The notes below the pieces were generated by a model, which did no database searches, was not told the DNA's origin, and worked only from the letters and a program-made list of their open reading frames with translations. Position numbers and translations under genes: made by a program. DNA of 64,000 bases from Alphaproteobacteria bacterium (GTDB lineage Bacteria; Pseudomonadota; Alphaproteobacteria; UBA828). Shown here piece by piece: positions 57,093 to 64,000 of this stretch. The DNA is taken from contig CAXXVO010000009.1 of NCBI GenBank assembly GCA_963422645.2, positions 1-64,000 on the forward strand, given 5' to 3'. Position 1 is the stretch's first letter. The number at the start of each line of letters is the position of its first letter.

Positions 57093-58745
57093 ATGGCGCG
57101 CCGACAGACCCGCATATACCTCACCGCGACGTTTCTGGGCTTGCTCCTGTGGGCAGGAGAAACAGTCGGCGCCGGAGCCGGCGACCCGCAAACCCCACGC
57201 TTCGTCGATATCGCCGCCGCGGCTGGCATCGAGCACGCCTATACCGGCGACTGGACGCACTACGTGGGCGGCGGAGTCGCCGCCTTCGACTGCGACCTCG
57301 ACGACGACCCGGACCTCTTCTTCGCGGGCGGCGCCACGCCGTCCAAGCTCTATCGCAACGACGGCAGCCCGGGTGCGCTTCGCTTCTCCGCTCTAGCCGA
57401 CAGCGAACTCGTCGAGATCGGCGTGACCGGCGCCTATCCGCTCGACATCGACGGCGACGGCCACATGGATCTTGCCGTGCTCCGGCTCGGCGCGAATCGG
57501 CTCTACCGTGGGCTCGGCGACTGCCGCTTCGCCGACGCAGGCGAAGACTGGAGAGTTCCCGGCGGCGACGGCTGGACCACCGCCTTCAGCGCCATTTGGG
57601 AGGGAGACAACCGCCTGCCGACACTCGCCTTCGGCAACTACGTCGATCGCGACATGTGGGCAGCCATGCACTCGCCCTTCGGCGATTCGGCGACCGGCGC
57701 GGCACCGACCCCGGCGTGCCCGGACAATGTCCTGTTCCGACCGGCGAGCACCGAGGCGGCGACGTACGGGCCGGCGGTGCGCCTCAGCCCCGGCCATTGC
57801 CCACTCTCGATGCTGTTCTCCGACTGGAGCCGTGCGGGACGCCCGGACCTGCGCGTCAGCAACGACCGCTTCTATCACGAGGACACCGGCGAGGAGCAGC
57901 TCTGGCACCTGGGCGCCGAGCCCCGGCTCTACGGCCGCGCCGACGGCTGGTCGCGCCTCAGGATTTGGGGCATGGGGATCGCCAGCCACGACCTCACCGG
58001 CGACGGTCTGCCTGACTACTTCCTCTCCAACATGGGGACGAACCGGCTGCGGACTCTCGCGCCCGGCAGCACCGGCGGGCCCGAGTTCCACGAGATCGCC
58101 TTCGAGCATGGCGTCGAGGCCACCCGCCCCCATGCCGGAGACGACGAGCGGCCGTCGACGGCCTGGCACTCGCAGTTCGCCGACGTGAACAACGACGGCT
58201 GGATCGACCTTTTCGTGGCTAAGGGCAATGTGGAGAAGATGGAGGAGGCCGCGGCGGACGACCCGAACAACCTGCTCTTAGGCCGTCCCGACGGGTGGTT
58301 CCGCGAGGCCTCGGTGGAGGCGGGTGCTGCCAGCATGCGGCGGAGCCGCGGCGGCGCCGTGATCGACCTCGATCTCGACGGCCTGCTCGATATCGTCGTC
58401 GTGAACCGCATGACCAACGTCGAGATTTTGCACAACCGAAGCTCCGTCAGCGGCCACTGGCTTCAAGTGATGCTGCGACAGGACGACGCCAACCGAAACG
58501 CCATCGGCGCCTGGATCGAGGTGCGTGCCGCCGGCCGCACTCAGCGCCACGAAGTGGTGGTCGGCGGCGGCCATGTCAGCGGGCAGGCCGGTTGGATTCA
58601 CTTCGGCCTGGGCGCGGCAGAAGCGGTGGAAATTCGGGTCCAATGGCCGGACGGGACCTGGAGCCCGTGGCGGCAAAGCGCCAGCAATCGCTTCCTACTG
58701 ATCGAGCGTGGGCGTAGAGTGGCTGCCTCGCGTCGGACTGGATGA
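57093..58745 (+). CDS. Secreted CRTAC1-like protein (FG-GAP/VCBS repeats + ASPIC/UnbV)
   Basis: Signal peptide, repeated DxDxDGxxD motifs, C-terminal NRNAIGAWIEV...HFGLG...VQWPDG. Confidence 0.87.
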   Translation: MARRQTRIYLTATFLGLLLWAGETVGAGAGDPQTPRFVDIAAAAGIEHAYTGDWTHYVGGGVAAFDCDLDDDPDLFFAGGATPSKLYRNDGSPGALRFSALADSELVEIGVTGAYPLDIDGDGHMDLAVLRLGANRLYRGLGDCRFADAGEDWRVPGGDGWTTAFSAIWEGDNRLPTLAFGNYVDRDMWAAMHSPFGDSATGAAPTPACPDNVLFRPASTEAATYGPAVRLSPGHCPLSMLFSDWSRAGRPDLRVSNDRFYHEDTGEEQLWHLGAEPRLYGRADGWSRLRIWGMGIASHDLTGDGLPDYFLSNMGTNRLRTLAPGSTGGPEFHEIAFEHGVEATRPHAGDDERPSTAWHSQFADVNNDGWIDLFVAKGNVEKMEEAAADDPNNLLLGRPDGWFREASVEAGAASMRRSRGGAVIDLDLDGLLDIVVVNRMTNVEILHNRSSVSGHWLQVMLRQDDANRNAIGAWIEVRAAGRTQRHEVVVGGGHVSGQAGWIHFGLGAAEAVEIRVQWPDGTWSPWRQSASNRFLLIERGRRVAASRRTG

Positions 58746-58749
58746 CAGG

Positions 58750-59715
58750 ATGGACGACTGGATCGCCCGCAAGGACCTGATCGAGGCGCGGCGGCTCAAG
58801 GCGCTGTCGCGGCGCTCGGACCTCCTGGGCTGGTTCCAGGTGCTGAGCCAGCTCGGCGCTGCAGGGATTACCGGCTACGCGATCCACGTGCTGTGGGGGA
58901 GTTGGTGGGTCGCACCGCTCTTTGTGGCCCAGGGCGTGATCCTCTGGGGCTTCTGCTACGCGGGCCAGCACGAACTCGGGCATTGGACGGTCTTCCGCAA
59001 CCGGACCCCCAACGACGCCTTCGGCCACCTGGCGAGCTTCCCCCGCTTCTATGCCCACAACTATCAACGCTTCTTCCATTTCGCCCACCACCGACACACC
59101 AAGGTCGCCGGTCACGATCCCGAGCTCCTGGTCCAGAAGCCGTGGACATTCGTGGCCTATCTCAACTTCGTGGCCGGTCTGACCCTTTGGATTGCCCTAA
59201 TTCGCAACGTCGTGGAGCACGCCTGCGGTCATGCGCCCGAGACCTTTCTCCGGGAGAAGGAGCAGCGCATCGTGATCCGCGAAGCGCGGCTCTATCTGCT
59301 TGGCTATGCGGCGGTCGCCGTGCTCTCGGTCTACTTTGAGAGCTGGGCAGCGCTCATCTGCGTGTGGGGACCGATGATCGTCACCACGGCCTTCTATCGT
59401 CTGTATGTGGCGGCCGAGCACCACGGCCTGCCCAACGGGTGCGGCGTGATCGGGGGCACGCGCACGACCCGCGCCGGGCCGATCCTGCGCTGGCTGATGT
59501 GGCAGATGCCCTACCACACCGAGCACCACCTCTTCCCCGGCGTGCCCTTTCACAAGCTGGGCGCGCTGAGCCGGGAGCTGCGGGAGCGGCCGGACTCCAA
59601 GCTCGCCGGCATCAACAAGGTGGCGCCCGGCTACATCGCCGTGAACCTCAAGCTCCTCGCCATGCTATGGCGCGGCGAGGATCCCACCTTCCTGGCCGAA
59701 GCGGGGCGGGCTTAG
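58750..59715 (+). CDS. Fatty-acid-desaturase superfamily membrane di-iron enzyme (MocD-like)
   Basis: His boxes HELGH, HFAHHRH, AEH, YHTEHHLFP. Confidence 0.85.
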   Translation: MDDWIARKDLIEARRLKALSRRSDLLGWFQVLSQLGAAGITGYAIHVLWGSWWVAPLFVAQGVILWGFCYAGQHELGHWTVFRNRTPNDAFGHLASFPRFYAHNYQRFFHFAHHRHTKVAGHDPELLVQKPWTFVAYLNFVAGLTLWIALIRNVVEHACGHAPETFLREKEQRIVIREARLYLLGYAAVAVLSVYFESWAALICVWGPMIVTTAFYRLYVAAEHHGLPNGCGVIGGTRTTRAGPILRWLMWQMPYHTEHHLFPGVPFHKLGALSRELRERPDSKLAGINKVAPGYIAVNLKLLAMLWRGEDPTFLAEAGRA

Positions 59716-59737
59716 CGAGCGGCAGGGAGGGCCCCTT

Positions 59738-60694
59738 GTGAGCGGAACCGACACGGCGGTTGGCGTGCGCACCATTCACGCCGGCCATCAGCACATGACC
59801 TGGGACAATGCGCGCGAGCCGGCGGCCACGGTCGCGCCGGGGGAGACCGTAGCGTTCGCGGAGGTCGATGCGGTGTGCGGGCAGATTGCCCCGGACTCCA
59901 CCGCAGACGCGATCGCCAACCTCGACTTCGACCGGGTCAACCCCATCGCCGGGCCGATCTACGTGGAGGGCGCCGAGCCCGGCGACACCATCAAGGCGAC
60001 CCTGGTGGATCTCGCGCCCTCGGGCTGGGCATGGACGGCGATCGTACCGGGCTTCGGCCTGCTGGCTGACGACTTCCCGGAACCCTCGCTCAACATCTGG
60101 TCCTACGACACGAGCTTTCGCGAGCCCGCCGCCTATTCCAGCATCGCACGCGTGCCGCTCAAGCCCTTCTGCGGCACCATCGGCCTCGCCCGCGCGGAGC
60201 CCGGCGGCTTCAGCACCGTGCCGCCCTACGAGAGCGGCGGCAACATGGACATCCGCGACCTCACCATCGGCGTGGACCTCTATCTGCCGGTGCAGGTGCC
60301 GGGCGGGCTCTTCTCGATCGGCGACCCTCATTGCGCGCAAGGAGACGGCGAGGTCTGCGGCACAGCGATCGAATCGCCAATGGCGCCGGTCGTCCGCCTC
60401 GACCTGATCAAGGGCGAAGGGCTGCGCTTCCCGCGCTTCGAGACGCCGGGCCCGGTCTCACGCCATCTCGACGCCAAGGGTTACGAGGTCACCACGGGGA
60501 TCGGCCCGGACCTGATGGAGGCGGCGCAGAACGCCGTGCGCGGCATGATCGACCGGCTCGGCGCCTCACGGGGCTTGAGCGCGGCGGAGGCCTACATGCT
60601 GTGCAGCGTCTGCGCGGACCTGCGCATCAGCGAGATCGTCGACCGGCCCAACTGGGTCGTATCCTGTTATCTGCCGCGTATCGTCTTCGAGTAA
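59738..60694 (+). CDS. Acetamidase/formamidase family protein
   Basis: GPIYVEGAEPGD, GGNMD, LYLPV, GDPHCAQGDGEVCGTAIE, AYMLCS. Confidence 0.92.
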   Translation: MSGTDTAVGVRTIHAGHQHMTWDNAREPAATVAPGETVAFAEVDAVCGQIAPDSTADAIANLDFDRVNPIAGPIYVEGAEPGDTIKATLVDLAPSGWAWTAIVPGFGLLADDFPEPSLNIWSYDTSFREPAAYSSIARVPLKPFCGTIGLARAEPGGFSTVPPYESGGNMDIRDLTIGVDLYLPVQVPGGLFSIGDPHCAQGDGEVCGTAIESPMAPVVRLDLIKGEGLRFPRFETPGPVSRHLDAKGYEVTTGIGPDLMEAAQNAVRGMIDRLGASRGLSAAEAYMLCSVCADLRISEIVDRPNWVVSCYLPRIVFE

Positions 60695-60739
60695 GGGAGT
60701 CCGGCGCGGCCCGGGGATCTCAGCGAAGGGAGGAGCAAG

Positions 60740-61144
60740 ATGAAGGTGGACGGCGCCTGCTTCTGCGGGCAAATCACCTACGAGGCGGAGCTCGACACGG
60801 ACCGAATCCTGATCTGCAACTGCACGGATTGTCAGACGCTCTCGGGCTCGGCGTTCCGCACGGTCGCCTTCACCAAGGAGGACGCCTTCACCCTGCTCAC
60901 CGGCGAGCTCAAGGTCTACGTCAAGGTCGCGGACAGCGGCAATCCCCGACAGCAATCATTCTGCGGGAACTGCGGCTCGCCCATCTATGCGACCTCGGAC
61001 CCGGCCGGACCCTTCTACGGCCTCCGTGTCGGCTCCATCAAGCAGCGCGACCAACTGGTGCCGAAGGTCCACATCTACAACCGCTCGAAGCAGCACTGGC
61101 TCGACCAGATCCCCTCGCTCCCCACCATCGAGGAAATGCCCTAA
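60740..61144 (+). CDS. GFA family protein
   Basis: GACFCG, CNCTDCQ, FCGNCGSP. Confidence 0.88.
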   Translation: MKVDGACFCGQITYEAELDTDRILICNCTDCQTLSGSAFRTVAFTKEDAFTLLTGELKVYVKVADSGNPRQQSFCGNCGSPIYATSDPAGPFYGLRVGSIKQRDQLVPKVHIYNRSKQHWLDQIPSLPTIEEMP

Positions 61145-61212
61145 CTCCGCGCCGCGGTCATCGACGCAACAGCGCCGCGCCAGCTAGTTCCCGCCAGTTG
61201 CAAGGCACCGCC

Positions 61213-61845
61213 ATGTCCGCGCCCATCGCTTTCTACACCAACCCGATGTCGCGCGGGCAGATCGCGCGCTGGGCGCTGGAGGAGACCGGTGCCGCGTACG
61301 AGACCGTGATCGTCGAATACGGCGCCGACATGAAGGCTCCGGCCTATCTCGCGATCAACCCGATGGGCAAGGTGCCGGCGATACGGCACGAAGGCCAGGT
61401 GGTCACCGAAGCGGCCGCCGTCTGCGCCTATCTCGCCGAGGCCTTTCCTGAAGCCGGGCTGGCGCCCACGGCAGAAGAGCGCGCCGCCTACTGGCGCTGG
61501 CTCTTCTTCGCCGCCGGGCCACTGGAATATGCGATTGCCTTCAAGTTCATGGGCCCGGAGGTGCGGGAGGAGCAGACTGCCAGGATCGGTTTCGGCACCT
61601 ACGACGATGCGGTCGGCGCCGTCGATGCCCTGCTCGAGCGGAACGACTACGTCTGCGGGCGCCGCTTCACCATGGCCGACGTCTTCGTCGGCAGCCATAT
61701 CGAATGGGGCCTCGAATTCGACACCTTGCCGAAGCGCCCGGCCTTCGAGGCCTATGCCGCACGGATCGCGACGCGCGACGCCCGCCAGCGCGCGCGGGAA
61801 ATCGACCGGACCCTGATCGCCGAGCGGGAGGCCGCGAAGGCCTGA
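61213..61845 (+). CDS. Glutathione S-transferase family protein
   Basis: PMSRG, INPMGKVPA, TEAAAVCAYL, FTMADV. Confidence 0.9.
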   Translation: MSAPIAFYTNPMSRGQIARWALEETGAAYETVIVEYGADMKAPAYLAINPMGKVPAIRHEGQVVTEAAAVCAYLAEAFPEAGLAPTAEERAAYWRWLFFAAGPLEYAIAFKFMGPEVREEQTARIGFGTYDDAVGAVDALLERNDYVCGRRFTMADVFVGSHIEWGLEFDTLPKRPAFEAYAARIATRDARQRAREIDRTLIAEREAAKA

Positions 61846-61866
61846 ACCGAGCGAGCGACGTTCGCA

Positions 61867-63243
61867 TCAGCCGGCGAAGCGCTCGTCGATTACCGTGAGC
61901 GAGGCGTCGAGCGCATCCGTCGCGGTGTCGATCTCCTCCTGGGTGATCGTGAAGGGCGGGCCCACCTTGATCGTGTTGGGCGAGAAGCCGCCTAGATAGA
62001 CCCCGCGCTTCGCGTTCTCGGCCGCGACGATGACGTTGGGGTGCGTGTTGAGATCGCCGGTAAAGGGCGAATAACGATCCTCGGGCACGATCGGCTCGCC
62101 GTTCCCGTCGACGAGATCGAGGGTGTAGAAGAGCCCGCGCCCTGACACGCGGCCGACGCAGGGGTGCCCCTTGTTCAGCGCGTCGAGGCGCTCCTTGAGG
62201 TAAGCGCCGCGCTGGCGCACTTGCTGCATGATGTCGTTGGCGAGCATGTATTCGAGGTTGCCGACGATGGTGGCGCAGAGCAGCGGGTGGCCGTCCCACG
62301 TGCTGCCGGTCCACCAGCGCGCCTTCTCGAAGTGATCGGCAATGGTCTTGCTCGCGATCACGGCACCCACCGGCAGCGCCGAGCCGTTGATGCCCTTGCC
62401 GGCGGCCATCAGGTCCGGCTTGACCCCCGGCCAGTGCATGTAGCCGAACCATTCGCCGAGCCGCCCGAAGCCCGTGATCACCTCGTCGTCGATCCAGAGG
62501 AAGCCGTACTTGTCGCAGAGCGCGCGGAGCCCCGGCAGGTAGTCCATGTGCGGGAGCGTGCCGCCTGCGCCGAACATGGGCTCGCTGATGACGGCGGCGA
62601 TGTTCTCAGACCCCACCGCACGGACGATATGCTCCGTCGCGTCGAGCGAGGGCAGAGGCCCCTCCCCTGCCCAGTCCTCGTGCTCCGGCGGCGGGATCGG
62701 GATGTAGCCGTGCGGCGGGAAGCCCGGCACGTCGGCAACGTCCGCGAAGCCGCCCTCGGTCGAGATGTTGTTGCGGTAGCCGCGCATCATGGTGGGCCCC
62801 ACGGTCATGCCGTGGAAGGAGTGGGCCTGGGTCAGGATGACGCTGCGCCCGGTGTAGAGCCGCGCCATCATGATGCAGCTGTCGACCGCCTCGGTACCGG
62901 AAGGCAGGATGCGCAGCCTGCCGGCCCAACCCTCCTGCCCGAGGATGTCCGCGATCACGAGCTTCGCGGCGCGGGCGCGATACTCGTTCGCCATCGTATA
63001 GGTGACGTGGCCGTAGCGCTCCATGGCCTCGGCCAGCGCGCCGTGGATCGCCGGATGCCGGTGGCCCAGGTTGTCGGAGATCAGCTGGCTCATGAAATCG
63101 AGCAGCCGCGTGCCGTCGGCAAGCGTCAGATAGTTGCCGTCGGTGCTGTCGACCGCCGTGATGCTGAGCTCGTCCTCGGCCTGGAGGCCGTGCAGGTAAT
63201 AGGCCCGGTCCCAACGCTCGAGTTCGTTCCAATCGCGTGCCAT
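61867..63243 (-). CDS. Class III aminotransferase
   Basis: SGTEAV, SFHG, ISEP, DDEVITGFGRLG, AGKGING. Confidence 0.9.
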   Translation of the reverse strand: MARDWNELERWDRAYYLHGLQAEDELSITAVDSTDGNYLTLADGTRLLDFMSQLISDNLGHRHPAIHGALAEAMERYGHVTYTMANEYRARAAKLVIADILGQEGWAGRLRILPSGTEAVDSCIMMARLYTGRSVILTQAHSFHGMTVGPTMMRGYRNNISTEGGFADVADVPGFPPHGYIPIPPPEHEDWAGEGPLPSLDATEHIVRAVGSENIAAVISEPMFGAGGTLPHMDYLPGLRALCDKYGFLWIDDEVITGFGRLGEWFGYMHWPGVKPDLMAAGKGINGSALPVGAVIASKTIADHFEKARWWTGSTWDGHPLLCATIVGNLEYMLANDIMQQVRQRGAYLKERLDALNKGHPCVGRVSGRGLFYTLDLVDGNGEPIVPEDRYSPFTGDLNTHPNVIVAAENAKRGVYLGGFSPNTIKVGPPFTITQEEIDTATDALDASLTVIDERFAG

Positions 63244-63406
63244 GACGTCTCTCCCCGGCCGGTCGCGCAACCCGGTCAGACTAGCCCACCCGCACGGATC
63301 ACCCTACCCGCCGCTGCCCCGCCGCCGGTTTGACCCGAGAGGCCGGCTGCCTATCATGCGCGCCGTCCGGGCGCGGCCCGCAGCAAAGCAATAGGGAGAT
63401 GGAGGA

Positions 63407-64000
63407 ATGGCCAAGGGTAAGGCGGTCGTCGTCGGCGGCCTCGGTATGATCGGGCGCAACATCATCCAGGCTCTCGAGGCCGAAGGCGGGTGGGATATCG
63501 TCGGGCTGTCGCGGCGGCCGGCGAATTTCGAGACCAAGGCCACCTTCATCTCTGTCGATTTGCTGGACGACGCGCAAGCCAAGGAGAAGCTCTCCGGCCT
63601 CACCGACGTCACGCACATCTTCTACGCGGGCCTTTCCGGCGGCGTCGAGGCGGAGAACGTCGAGGGCAACCTCGCGCTCGTGGTCAACTCGGTCGGCGTG
63701 ATCGAGCCGAACTCGCCCACGCTGGAGCGCGTGATCCTGGTGCAGGGCGGCAAGTACTACGGCGTCCACCTCGGCCCGCACAAGACACCCTCCAAGGAGA
63801 CCGACCCGCGCCACCTGCCGCCCAACTTCTATTACAACCAGCAGGACTTCATCACCGGGCTGCACGAGGGGAAGTCCTGGCACTACACCATGCTGAGGCC
63901 CGAGGCGGTGGTCGGCTTTGCCGAGGGCATCCCGCTCAACACCGCCTCGCTGGTCGCGGTCTACGCCACCGTGTGCAGGGAGATGGACGTGCCCCTCAAT
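63407..64000 (+). CDS. SDR oxidoreductase (PRISE/5-beta-reductase-like); runs off the window end
   Basis: Translated by hand: MAKGKAVVVGGLGMIGRN...IVGLSRR...QGGKYYGVHLG...PNFYYNQQD...LRP. GGAGG RBS. Confidence 0.85.
   Translation, partial: MAKGKAVVVGGLGMIGRNIIQALEAEGGWDIVGLSRRPANFETKATFISVDLLDDAQAKEKLSGLTDVTHIFYAGLSGGVEAENVEGNLALVVNSVGVIEPNSPTLERVILVQGGKYYGVHLGPHKTPSKETDPRHLPPNFYYNQQDFITGLHEGKSWHYTMLRPEAVVGFAEGIPLNTASLVAVYATVCREMDVPLN

Overview
GC-rich bacterial chromosomal segment; gene content (recG, DUF1491, DUF192, Tat-exported ABC binding proteins) suggests an alphaproteobacterium, which is an inference. The backbone is an amine/amide/N-heterocycle uptake and catabolism region: a polyamine-type and a Liv-type ABC transporter, three hydantoinase/oxoprolinase loci, three class III aminotransferases, a Rieske oxygenase, an amidohydrolase, an M81 peptidase, an amidase, an acetamidase and a desaturase-family oxygenase. 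Three mobile-element clusters interrupt it. (1) 1-5390: an IS3-family end truncating a glutamine-synthetase-like gene, an IS5/IS1182-like IS and a large transposase-like gene. (2) 36829-39703: a Tn7/Tn402-like shell (TGT...ACA ends, repeated binding sites, perfect 5-bp ACCAT target duplication) whose only cargo is an IS21. (3) 43074-50612: a three-gene large-serine-recombinase element with 24-bp terminal inverted repeats, flanked by two different truncated host genes and carrying a head-to-tail triple array of a 1766-bp IS110 element. The IS110 non-coding end contains candidate bridge-RNA guides matching both its own junction and this insertion site. No rRNA, tRNA or CRISPR array was seen. All family assignments come from motif recognition by eye; no database searches were run.
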